DNA of 64,000 nucleotides from an uncultured Gemmatimonadales bacterium (GCA_963783385.1 CAWANJ010000007.1:224001-288000), one strand, 5' to 3'. Counted from the stretch's first letter, positions 38,801-48,741 are shown. The notes: a model not told the origin generated them from the letters alone. Numbers and translations: made by a program.

Positions 38801-40095
38801 GTTGCCGACCGCGGCCGAGCAGGTGACGTCGAAGCCGGCCGTCACGGTGCCGCCGTCCGGCACCGTCACGTTCTTCGTGGCCCCACCGGCCACGGTGCAG
38901 TTGGCCGCCACGCTGTCGAGCCGGACCGAGTGGCTGCCGGCCGCCAGCCCCGGGAGCGTCAGACTGCCGTTGATGGCCACGTGCTGCGCCAGGCCACTGT
39001 CCACGCTGACCGTGTAGCCATCGGGATCGAGGTTCGTCCCCGACGTCGACGTGGTCACCTGCAGGTCGCCCGTCTGCGAGCTGCAGCTCACCGTGAAGGT
39101 GGTGGTGGCCGTGTCCTGGGCCGGCACGCTCACCGTGCGCGGGTTGGAGCCCGACACGGTGCAGTTGGCCGCCACGCTGTCGAGCTGGACCGTGTGGTCG
39201 CCCACGGACAGCCCGCCTATGGCCAGCGTGTCGTTGATGGCCAGCGCCCGGCCGACGCCGCCATCCACACTCAGCTCGTATCCGGTCGAGTCGAGCTTGG
39301 CGCCGGAGGTGGCCGAGATCACCTGCAGGACACCCGGCTGGGAGGCGACCGCCCCGTAGACGCTGAAGTGGGTGGTCTGTCCTGTGACGCTGTGGAGGCT
39401 GGTGTCCACGGTGCTTCCGGAGACCGGGACCCACTGGCCGTTCTGGACCGTGTGGAGCCGGATGCTGGTCTCCGAGGCGCCCGAGGGCACGTTGGCCGGG
39501 TCGTAGACGATGGTGATCCGGACCGACTTGGCGAACTGGGTCCCGTCGGGCCGGTACTGGTAGGCCGAGCCCGTCACGTAGCCGGGGCCCGGCGAGGGCA
39601 GCAGCGAGTCGGCGGCCGGGACGACCGAGATTATGGTCGAGTCCGACAGGGCCCCCGAGGGCACGTCCACGCGCGCCTTGCCGTCCGGCGTGGCCGCCGT
39701 CCCGCCCGAGGCGGCCACCACCACCCCGCACTGCACGTCGAAGCGGACCGACGCGGTGGCGTCGCTCTGGACCGACGAAGCTCAGCGGATTGGAAGGACC
39801 TGCCTCACAGTTGGAGGCCACGTCGCCGAGGGTGAGGTGTGCGCGCCGGGCTGGAGGCCGCTGAACGTCACCGACCCGTTCGGCGACACGTTCTGCGGCG
39901 AGCCATCATCCAGTGCGACCGTATAGCCGTTCTGGTCCAGGTCGGAGCCCGTGGTGCTGACGGTCAGGCTCACCGTGCCCGGGTTGGGGGGCGGGACGAC
40001 GGTGGGTGGGCTGCCGCAGGTGGCGGCGACGACGGCCGGCTGACGACGCGACGGCGGCGCCGGATGATCGAACGCGCGCTCGAACGGGTGCTCAC
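35853..40095 (-). CDS. Repeat lipoprotein B (about 14 repeats + ZU5-like domain), broken by several frameshifts as assembled
   Basis: GAGGAG RBS and GTG 40095; VAAT|C lipobox. ORFs 39782-40141, 38558-39736 and 35853-38603 are colinear pieces of one paralog of gene A. Confidence 0.75.
36388..37478. repeat. Four tandem 273-bp (91-aa) near-identical coding repeats
   Basis: Unit starts GCCTGGCAGGAGACGG at 36388, 36661, 36934 and 37207. Three copies appear identical; the fourth differs at 2-3 positions. Confidence 0.97.
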
Positions 40096-40344
40096 CAGCG
40101 GACTCCTCGGATACGTGAACGTGATCGGCGCAAAGCCGCATCGCGCGCCTCGACCTGGGCTCGGCTGGATCCCGACGGCGCGTACCCGGCGAAACGGGAA
40201 GTTCTTGAACGCAGCTCCGTCAAGGACTCATCGACGCGTTATCGTAGCCTTGGAGGTGATCGCTACGGGCTCACGGTCCGCGTTGTTCATCGCACGTGGC
40301 TCGCGTCGTTCGGCAGATCGAGGCGATCGAGCCGTCCGCCGTCA

Positions 40345-43173
40345 TCATGCCAGATCTCCTGAGATCCCGCTCCGCAGCGCCGTGAAGTAGATCTTCGGTG
40401 CCATCCGGCGAGTACATACGGGTGCGAAGTCCGGAGCGGGTCGGTCGTGAGCTGGGTCGGCCGTTCCGTCGGTCGAGTTCATGACGTAAATGTCGCCGCG
40501 GCGTCCAAGTTGCGATCGGCTGGCAAACACGATCCTGGCTCCCGTCCGGCGAGCACGGCCGGGTTGAAGTCGTTCAATGTCGAATCTTGCGTGAGGTTCG
40601 TCGGCGATCGCATCGTGCTGAGGTCGATCGTGTAGATCTCGCCGTTTCCGACGTAGTCGCTGCGCCGAAGGCGATCTTGGTGCCGTCCGGCGACCAGTGC
40701 GGGTTACAGTCCGTTGAACGTGGGTCGACGTGATCTGCTTCAGGCCCGTGCCGTCGCGTTCATGGTGTAGATGTGTTGGAAACCGGAGTGGTCTGCCGGT
40801 CGAACGCGAGCGCGGTGCCGTCCGGTGACCACAGCGGGTGGCGCTCGGCGTTCCCGTCGTTCGTGAGGTACCGCTGGCCCGAGCCGTCCACCAGCATGGT
40901 CCAGATGTTCCAGGCGCCGCTGACCGCTTGCTCGGTGAACAGCGATCAGGTTCCCGTCCGGAGAGACGGCGGGCAGGCGCTCGTCCGTCGTGTTGTTCGT
41001 CAGGTTGGACTGCGGCTGTCCGTCCGTGTTCATCAGGTAGATCTGGAAGTGCCCGGTGCCGGTTCGATTCGAAGGCGATCTTGCTGCTCATCGGCGCCAC
41101 GCAGCCGACCGAGAAGCTGCTGTGCGCCGTCGCCCCGTGAAGGCATGGTCACGGTTTCGGGTTGGCGCTCTGCACCCGCAGTTCTCCGCCACGCCGCTCA
41201 GATCGTCGATCTGAGTGGCTCCCCACGGCATGCTGCCGAAGGTGACGGAGCTATTGCGCGCCATGCGTCTGGCTCGTGGTGCCGGAGTCGAGCGTGACCG
41301 TGTAGCTGGCGTCGAGGTTGGAGCCGGTGGTCGTGTTGCTCGACCTGGAGGTCGCCCACGTTCGCGGCGCAGCTCACCACGAAGGCCGTGTCCGTGACGC
41401 CGCCGTGCGGCGCGTCGACGGTCATCGGGTTGGCGCCGCTGACGGTGCAGTTGGACGCCACGTTCCCGAGCGTGGATCGTGTGGTCGGTCCGGCCGTGAG
41501 GGTGGCGTACGTGATGCTGTCGTTGACCGCGATCGGGACGCTGTGCCGCCATCCAGCGTGACGGTGTAGCCGTCCGGGTCGAGGTCCGTCCCGCCGGTCT
41601 CCGTGCTCACCTTGATGTCACCCGGTGAGCGAGACGCAGGAGACGTCGAAGGTGGCGGTGGAGGTGGAGTCGAAGGCGACGTCCACGCTCTGCGGGTTCG
41701 AGCCGGAGATGGAGCAGTTGCCGGCCATGCCGGTGAGCTGCACCGAGTGCGTGCCCGTGGCGACGTTCGCGAAGGTGACCGAGTCGTTCGCCGCCAGCGT
41801 TCTGGCTAGAGTGTTCCGTCGAGCGTGACCGTGGTAGCTGTTGGGTCGGGATCAGGCCCGGTGGTCGGGGCCTTGACCTTCAGGTTCCCGACACTGGCCG
41901 AGCAGGTGACGTGAAAGCCGGCCGTCGCCGTGCCGCCGTTCGGCACCGTCACGTTCTTGGTCGCCCCACCCGCCACGGTGCAGTTGGCGGCCACACTGTC
42001 GAGCAGGACCGAGTGGCTTCCGGCCGCCAGGCCCTGCAGCGTCAGACTGTCGTTGATGGCCAGGTGCTGCGTGGGACCGCTGTCGACGCTCAGCGCGTAG
42101 CCGTCGGGGTCCTGGTTTGTGCCCGAGGTCGAGGTCGTGACATGCAGGTCGCCCGTCTGCGAGCTGCAGCTCACCGTGAAGGTGGTGGTGGCCGTGTCCT
42201 GGGACGGCACGCTCACCGTGCGTGGATTCGAGCCCGCCACGGTGCAGTTGGCGGCCACGCTGTCGAGCTCGACCATGTGGTCGCCCACCGACAGCCCCAC
42301 GTCCAGCGTGTCGTTGATGGCCAGGTGCTGGCCGGCGCCGCCGTCCACCACGAGCCGGTAGCCGTCCGGGTCGAGATTGGCGCCCGAGGTGGCTGTGATG
42401 GTTTTCAGGACGCCGGGCTGGGCGGCGACCGCCCCGTAGATGCTGAAGTGGGTGGTCTGCCCGGTGACGGTGTGCAGGGTGGTGTCCACCGAGCTGCCCG
42501 TGACGGGCACCCACTGGCCGTTCTGGACGGTGTGGAGCCGGATGCTGCTCTCCGACGCGCCCGAGGGAACGTTGGCCGGATCGTAGACGAGAGTGATCTG
42601 GACCGGCTTGGAGAACTGGGTGCCGTCGGGTCGATACTGGTAGGCCGAGCCGGTGACGTAGCCCGGCGCCGGCGAGGGCAGCAGGGAGTCGGGGGCCGGG
42701 ACGACCGAGATTATGGTCGTGTCCGGCAACGCCCCCGAGGGCACGTCCACCCGGGCCTTGCCGTCCGGCGTCGCCGCCGTTCCGCCGCTGCCGTCCATTA
42801 CGACGCCGCAGTCCACCTCGAAGCTGGAGGACGCCGTGGCGCTGGCCTGGACGCTGACGCTCACGGGGGCCGATGGGCTGGCCATGCAGTTGGAGGCCAC
42901 CCCGCCCAGCGTGAGGTTGTGGCTCCCGACCGTCACGTCGGTGAAAGTCACGGTGCCGTTCGTAGCCACGTCTTTGGGCGTGCCGCTGTCCAGGGCGATC
43001 GTGTAACCGTCCGAATCCTGGTTCGAGCCACTGGTCTTGACCGTGGCCGTGACCGTCCCGGTCTTCGGCGGAGGAGGCGCGGTGGGAGATCCGCTGCACG
43101 TTGCGGCCACGATCGTCAGGAAGGTGATGAACACTCCGCGGCGCGCGCGGTCATACCACACTGAGGTACTCAC
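40345..43173 (-). pseudogene. Repeat lipoprotein C with C-terminal TolB/PD40-like beta-propeller; 3' half heavily frameshifted (pseudogene or assembly error)
   Basis: VAAT|C lipobox, ZU5-like domain and repeats intact over 41806-43173. Fragments KIAFESNR, MNTDG...NLTN...PAVSPDG and IVFAS...DIYVMN are scattered over frames in 40345-41100. Confidence 0.7.
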
Positions 43174-43514
43174 AGGTCGAGCCTCCGTAGCCGTGTTGAG
43201 CCGGTTGTCGCACATTTGAGCTTCGATTGTCCGGTCGAGTGGCCGCTGAATCCTGGTCTCACGACGTCCCCCGAACCGACGCGTCGGCCGGGACGCGGGC
43301 AACGTGGCGTCGGTCCTCGCAAGAACTGGACTGGCACGGTCCACGACACCCAACCGATTCGCGGATGGTGGCTTGGCTGGCTTTCACGCAGCGCGCGAGC
43401 CGCCGTGATGTGGTGCCGAAGCAACACCTGCGGGCCTCGATAAGAGTTGCCCACGGCTCGCCGCGACCGCCCACCTCCGTGCGGGATCCGTGCCGCGTCG
43501 CCCTCCGAGGCTCG

Positions 43515-43530
43515 TGGCACATGCCGTGCC
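43515..43530 (+). promoter_or_regulatory. Putative sigma54 -24/-12 promoter upstream of the deacetylase-like gene
   Basis: TGGCACATGCCGTGCC fits GG-N10-GC (also on the reverse strand), about 85 bp before GTG 43616. Confidence 0.5.
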
Positions 43531-43615
43531 CTACAAGGTCCCCGATTCCGCGTGGCCCGCACCGGCCGCGCCCGAGTGTGCTGGCTCCGCCGGACGGCGA
43601 TCGGGAGGTTCCAAA

Positions 43616-44521
43616 GTGGCAGCGCCGGACAACTCTGGACGGGTGGCTCACGTCCTGACCGTCGACCTGGAGGAGTACTTCCAGGTCGGCGAGTTCGCGG
43701 GCGTGGTCACGCCGGCTGAGTGGCCGTCGCTTCCCAGTCGCCTGCAGCCCTCGGTCGGCCGCCTCCTCGACCTGTTCGATGAGGCCGGCGTGGTCGCCAC
43801 CTTCTTCGCCGATGAATGGATCGCCAGCCACCACCGTGGAGTCATCCAGCAGCTGGCCCGGAAAGGCCACGAGCTGGGCGTGAAGACGTCGCTACGGACC
43901 GGCGATCCGCCCCGCGAGGCAGGGGCCTTCAGGACCGACGTGAGGCACGCGCGGGCCCGCCTGAAGGACATCGCGGGCCGGTCGGTGTTCGGTCACCGCG
44001 GTGGCCCCGGCACGCTGTCGCGTCGGGACGAGATCGGCCTCGACATCCTCATCGAGGAGGGCTTCCTGTACGACTCGAGCGCGGCCGACTCCTGGACGGC
44101 GCACCTCGTGGGGGACCGGAAGCCGATTCCGCGGGTCGTGGAGCGACCCTCCGGCGATCTGCTGACCCTGCCCGTGTCGCGTGCGTCGGTGCTCGGAGTG
44201 CCGCTGGGTCCGGCCGGCCGAATGCTCCGTCAGCTGCCCTATCCGGTGGCCCGGAAATGTCTTGCAAGGCACGAGAGGGACGGGCAAAGTGCGGTACTGA
44301 GGATTCGGTCCTGGGAGATCGACCCCTACCAGCCGCGGCTGTCTCACGCCCTCGGCGTGCGGCTCCGCCATTACGGCGGCCTGGAGCGGATGCTCCCACG
44401 GCTCGCTCGACTGCTGTCCGAGTTCAGCTTCACCTCGGTGGAGCGTCGGTTCGGGCTGTCACGTGACGACGGCGACGAGGGTGGGGCCTGGGACGAGAAG
44501 CTGGGAGCGGCGGGAGGATGA
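43616..44521 (+). CDS. Polysaccharide deacetylase-family protein (XrtA/PEP-CTERM-locus type, DUF3473 C-terminus), catalytic His residues absent
   Basis: GGGAGG RBS; LTVDLEEYFQV, ATFF, GHEL, GFLYDSS, WEIDPYQPR, RHYGGL. Confidence 0.85.
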   Translation: MAAPDNSGRVAHVLTVDLEEYFQVGEFAGVVTPAEWPSLPSRLQPSVGRLLDLFDEAGVVATFFADEWIASHHRGVIQQLARKGHELGVKTSLRTGDPPREAGAFRTDVRHARARLKDIAGRSVFGHRGGPGTLSRRDEIGLDILIEEGFLYDSSAADSWTAHLVGDRKPIPRVVERPSGDLLTLPVSRASVLGVPLGPAGRMLRQLPYPVARKCLARHERDGQSAVLRIRSWEIDPYQPRLSHALGVRLRHYGGLERMLPRLARLLSEFSFTSVERRFGLSRDDGDEGGAWDEKLGAAGG

Positions 44522-44690
44522 GCGCCGGGGCGCCGGCCGGGACCGGTGTGTTGCACGCGCCCGACAGCGGCGTGTCGCGGCGCCGCAGGAACGCGGCGCG
44601 CGGGCGCTGCGACCCACCGTCCGCGGGTCCGCGGGACGCCGATCGTGACAGGGCGTATCATCCGGATCGTCAATGCATTAGCTGATGGCT

Positions 44691-44737
44691 AGCGGGTCGG
44701 GCCCCGCGCACTGCTCGCGCCGGGAATCCGACTTGCT
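44691..44737 (+). promoter_or_regulatory. Leader hairpin upstream of the NusG-paralog gene
   Basis: AGCGGGTCGG pairs with CCGACTTGCT (two G-U) and encloses a second CCCG-CGC/GCG-C-CGGG stem. Confidence 0.35.
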
Positions 44738-44890
44738 TCCATGATGGGCCCGGGCACGCCGCGGCGTGTCCGATCACAGCTCGACCGAAGACAGCGGGGT
44801 GCCGCCTCCGACGATCGGTGGGATGGTACTCAGGGGCGCGAAGCGCATCCGGCGACCACGAGACCGCCGCACGAGGAGCCAGAGCCTGAC

Positions 44891-45436
44891 ATGGTAGCCG
44901 TCACCGAAACGCTCGCGCCGCGCTGGTACGCGTGTTACACGCGATCCCGGCACGAGAAGCGTGTCGACCAGCGTCTGCGCAGCCAGGGGATGGAGGTGTT
45001 CCTTCCCACGGTCGCCCGGGTCCGCCAGTGGCACGACCGCGAGAAGGTCGTGGAGTGGCCCCTGTTTCCCGGTTACGTGTTCGCGCGATTCGGGCTGGAC
45101 GCTCTCGCCCGGGTCCTGGGCACGCCGGGGGTCGCCACGGTGGTTCGCTTCAACGGACGGCCCGTGGCCATCCCGGAGCACGAGATCGAGAACGTGCGGC
45201 GACTGGCCCACGGGCTCGGTCGTGCCGACGCCGATCCCGAGCCGGTGCCCATGGTGGAGACCGGCCGGCCCGTCCGGATCACGTCCGGGCCTCTCGAGGA
45301 CGTGCGCGGCATCGTGGCCGAGCACCGCGGTCGGGACCGGCTTCTCATCACCGTCGGGCTGCAGTCGATCGGCCAGGGCATGAAGGTCGAGGTCGATGCC
45401 GGCCTGGTTGAACTCCTAGAGATCGAGGACCGATGA
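44891..45436 (+). CDS. UpxY/RfaH-like NusG-paralog transcription antiterminator
   Basis: WYACYTRSRHEKRV, QWHDREKVVEWPLFPGYVF, KOW motif VRITSGPL; first gene of the glycan operon. Confidence 0.9.
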   Translation: MVAVTETLAPRWYACYTRSRHEKRVDQRLRSQGMEVFLPTVARVRQWHDREKVVEWPLFPGYVFARFGLDALARVLGTPGVATVVRFNGRPVAIPEHEIENVRRLAHGLGRADADPEPVPMVETGRPVRITSGPLEDVRGIVAEHRGRDRLLITVGLQSIGQGMKVEVDAGLVELLEIEDR

Positions 45437-46482
45437 CCGATAAGACGATGGATCGGTGGAGAAACGACAGGGCCGTGGTGTGCGGCGCCGGTGGGTTCAT
45501 CGGCGGGCACCTGGTGGCCGACCTGTTGCGCAAAGGCTACACTGACGTGGTGGCCGTGGACAAGAAGCCGCTGGAGCACTGGTTCCAGCTCCACGAGGCG
45601 GCGGACAACCGGCGGCTCGACCTGAGCCTGCGGGAGAACGCGTACGAGGCGCTCGAGGGCGCGGCGCTGGTGTACAACCTGGCGGCCGACATGGGCGGCA
45701 TGGGCTTCATCGAGAACAACAAGGCCCTGTGCATGCTGAGCGTGCTGATCAACACCCACCTCCTGGAGGCCGCGCGGGACCATGGGGTCGAGCGCTACTT
45801 CTATTCTTCGTCGGCGTGCGTCTACAACGCCGACAAGCAGAAGAGCGCCGACGTGGTTCCGCTCAGGGAGGAGGACGCCTACCCGGCCATGCCCGAGGAC
45901 GGCTACGGGTGGGAGAAGCTGTTCAGCGAGCGGATGTGCCGCCACTTCCGTGAGGACTTCGGCGTGGAGACGCGCGTGGCGCGCTTCCACAACGTGTACG
46001 GGCCGCTGGGCACGTACGACGGCGGACGGGAGAAGGCGCCGGCGGCGCTCAGCCGCAAGGTGGCCGAGGCGAAGCTGGGCGGGGCGCGCGAAATCACCAT
46101 CTGGGGCGACGGAGAGCAGACGCGCAGCTTCATGTACATCGACGACTGCCTGAAGGGCACCCAGAGGATCGCCCACAGCGACATCGTGGAGCCCCTCAAC
46201 CTGGGCAGCGACGAGCTGGTGACGATCAACGGGCTGGTGAGCCTGGTGGAGGAGATCGCGGACATCGAGCTCGAGCGAGAGTACGATCTCACCAAGCCGC
46301 GTGGAGTGATGGGGCGCAACAGCGACAACACCAGGATCCTGGCGGAGCTGGGGTGGGAGCCCGGCATCCGGCTGCGGGAGGGCATGGAGAAGACCTACCG
46401 GTGGGTGGAGCAGCAGGTCTCCAGGGACCGCGAGGCGAGGGCGGCGGGCGAGGCCCGGCACTCCGTGTACGCGCTGCCGTGA
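45433..46482 (+). CDS. NAD-dependent epimerase, GDP-mannose 3,5-epimerase-like
   Basis: GAGGFIG, NLAADMGGMGFI, SSACVY, YGWEK, GGREKAPAA. Confidence 0.88.
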   Translation: MTDKTMDRWRNDRAVVCGAGGFIGGHLVADLLRKGYTDVVAVDKKPLEHWFQLHEAADNRRLDLSLRENAYEALEGAALVYNLAADMGGMGFIENNKALCMLSVLINTHLLEAARDHGVERYFYSSSACVYNADKQKSADVVPLREEDAYPAMPEDGYGWEKLFSERMCRHFREDFGVETRVARFHNVYGPLGTYDGGREKAPAALSRKVAEAKLGGAREITIWGDGEQTRSFMYIDDCLKGTQRIAHSDIVEPLNLGSDELVTINGLVSLVEEIADIELEREYDLTKPRGVMGRNSDNTRILAELGWEPGIRLREGMEKTYRWVEQQVSRDREARAAGEARHSVYALP

Positions 46483-47360
46483 GCTCGACCCCGGCGACGG
46501 CGCGACGGGAGGGCCCACCCGCGAAGGCGGAGGAGTCCAGCCCCACCGAGGTCCGGATCGAGCCTTCCACGGGCTGGATCTCGCTGAACCTCAAGGAGCT
46601 GTGGGAGTACCGCGAGCTCCTCTACTTCCTCACGTGGCGCGACATCAAGGTCCGCTACAAGCAGACCGTGCTGGGAGCGGCCTGGGCCATCATCCAGCCC
46701 TTCTTCACGATGGTGGTGTTCAGCCTGTTCTTCGGGAAGCTGGCCAAGGTCCCGTCGGACAACGTGCCCTATCCGATCTTCAGCTACGCCGCCCTGGTGC
46801 CGTGGACGTTCTTCGCCAACGGCCTCACGAGCTCGTCGAACAGCGTGGTGGGGAGCCGCAGCCTGGTGACCAAGATCTATTTCCCCCGGCTGCTGGTCCC
46901 TCTCGGAACGGTGACCTCCGGGGCCGTGGACTTCGTGCTGGCGTTCATCGTCCTGCTGGGCATGATGGTGTTCTACGGCATCGCGCCCACGGCCAACGTG
47001 GTGTGGCTGCCGGTCCTCCTCGTCCTGGCGTTCATCACCTCCCTGGGCGTGGGACTGTGGTTCTCGGCTCTCAACGTCCAGTTTCGTGACGTGCGCCACG
47101 TGGTGCCGTTCATCACGCAGTTCTGGCTGTTCGCGACCCCGGTGGCCTGGGCCAGCTCCATGCTGCCCCAGCCGTGGCGCACCCTGTACGCGATCAACCC
47201 AATGGCGGGCGTGGTCGAGGGGTTCCGCTGGGCGCTGATCGGCACGAACACGCAGCCCGGACCGATGATCGCGGTGTCCTCCGTGGTGGCCGTGTGCCTC
47301 CTGGTGTCGGGCGCCTTCTACTTCCGGCGCATGGAGCGAACCTTCGCCGATGTGGTTTGA
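46479..47360 (+). CDS. wzm: ABC-2 polysaccharide exporter permease
   Basis: ELWEYRELLYFLTWRDIKVRYKQTVLGAAWAIIQP, KIYFPR, NPMAGVVEGFR. Confidence 0.93.
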   Translation: MSSTPATARREGPPAKAEESSPTEVRIEPSTGWISLNLKELWEYRELLYFLTWRDIKVRYKQTVLGAAWAIIQPFFTMVVFSLFFGKLAKVPSDNVPYPIFSYAALVPWTFFANGLTSSSNSVVGSRSLVTKIYFPRLLVPLGTVTSGAVDFVLAFIVLLGMMVFYGIAPTANVVWLPVLLVLAFITSLGVGLWFSALNVQFRDVRHVVPFITQFWLFATPVAWASSMLPQPWRTLYAINPMAGVVEGFRWALIGTNTQPGPMIAVSSVVAVCLLVSGAFYFRRMERTFADVV

Positions 47361-47366
47361 GGGGAA

Positions 47367-48671
47367 ATGAACGACATCGCCGTACAGGTCCGCGGCCTCG
47401 GCAAGAAGTACCGGATCGGGGCGCTCGAGGAGGGTCGTCGCACCCTGCGCGAGACCCTGACCGACTCGCTCGCCGCACCGTTCCGGAAGGCGGGGAGCCT
47501 CCTGAGCGGCAACGCCTCGGGCGCGGCCGGCATGGAGGAGGAGATCTGGGCCCTGAAGGACATCTCCTTCGACGTGCCCAGGGGGCAGGTCCTGGGCATC
47601 GTCGGCAAGAACGGCGCGGGTAAGAGCACGCTCCTCAAGGTCCTCTCCCGCATCACCGAGCCGACCGAGGGGGTCATCGAGATCCGGGGCCGGGTCGGGT
47701 CGCTGCTCGAGGTCGGGACGGGCTTCCACCCGGAGCTCACCGGTCGCGAGAACGTCTACCTGAACGGGGCCATCCTGGGGATGACCCGCGTGGAGATCGA
47801 CGCGAAGTTCGACCAGATCGTGGCGTTCGCCGAGGTCGAGCGCTTCCTGGACACGCCGGTCAAGTACTACTCGAGCGGCATGTACGTGCGGCTGGCGTTC
47901 GGGGTGGCGGCGCACCTCGAGCCCGAGATCCTGGTGGTGGACGAGGTGCTGTCGGTCGGGGACGCGGCCTTCCAGCAGAAGTGCCTGGGCAAGATGGGGG
48001 ACGTGGCCCAGTCCGGCCGGACCGTCCTGTTCGTGAGCCACAACATGGGTGCGGTCACCGACCTGTGCGACCGGGCCATCCTGCTCGAGGGCGGACAGGT
48101 CACCATGGATGACGGGCCGGCCGAGGTCGTGAGCCACTACCTGACCTCGGGGGGGGAGACCTCGGCCGAGTGGCAGAGGCCGGAGTCCGACGATGAGGAG
48201 CCCGCCGAGGCGGCCATCCAGCGCGTGCGGATCCTCTCCCGGGACGGCGACCCCGAGGCTGTCATCCCCTTCAACCAGCCGTTCGATGTCGAGATCGAGT
48301 ACGAGATCCGCGAGCCGACCCGGGACCTGGTCATCGTGGCCGGACTGTGGAGCTACCGGGGCTTCCTCTGGCAGTCGTGGGACACGGACACGACCGGGCT
48401 GCGCGGCAAGGTCCGGGAGCCAGGCTCCTACGTGTCCCGCTGCCGCGTGCCGGCGGGCCTGGTGCGGCCGGGCCGCTACAGCGTCACGGTCGTGGCGCAC
48501 GTGCCGAACGTCGAGGCGGTCGATTCGTGGCACCACGTGCTGACCTTCGACGTGTCGCAGGTCGGCTTCCGCTTCGATCAGGACCGGGCCGGCTCGATCA
48601 CGCCCGTGCTCGAATGGGAAGTGACGCGGAAGGACCGGTCCGCACCCACCCTCGAGGCGACGCGGTCGTGA
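47367..48671 (+). CDS. wzt: Polysaccharide ABC exporter ATPase with C-terminal Wzt_C domain
   Basis: GKNGAGKST, YSSGMYVRLAF, VDEVLSVGDAAFQQKC, C-terminal beta-sandwich extension. Confidence 0.93.
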   Translation: MNDIAVQVRGLGKKYRIGALEEGRRTLRETLTDSLAAPFRKAGSLLSGNASGAAGMEEEIWALKDISFDVPRGQVLGIVGKNGAGKSTLLKVLSRITEPTEGVIEIRGRVGSLLEVGTGFHPELTGRENVYLNGAILGMTRVEIDAKFDQIVAFAEVERFLDTPVKYYSSGMYVRLAFGVAAHLEPEILVVDEVLSVGDAAFQQKCLGKMGDVAQSGRTVLFVSHNMGAVTDLCDRAILLEGGQVTMDDGPAEVVSHYLTSGGETSAEWQRPESDDEEPAEAAIQRVRILSRDGDPEAVIPFNQPFDVEIEYEIREPTRDLVIVAGLWSYRGFLWQSWDTDTTGLRGKVREPGSYVSRCRVPAGLVRPGRYSVTVVAHVPNVEAVDSWHHVLTFDVSQVGFRFDQDRAGSITPVLEWEVTRKDRSAPTLEATRS

Positions 48672-48741
48672 GGGGCGGCCGGGCGGCATCCGAACGGATC
48701 GAGGGCATCGACAACGCGAAAGCACGGACGTGGAGAGGAGC

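Noticed and set aside
33604-43173. Diversity-generating retroelement or invertible shufflon acting on the lipoprotein paralogs
   Set aside because: No reverse transcriptase or site-specific recombinase in the window; all copies are co-oriented; the differences I compared are not adenine-specific.
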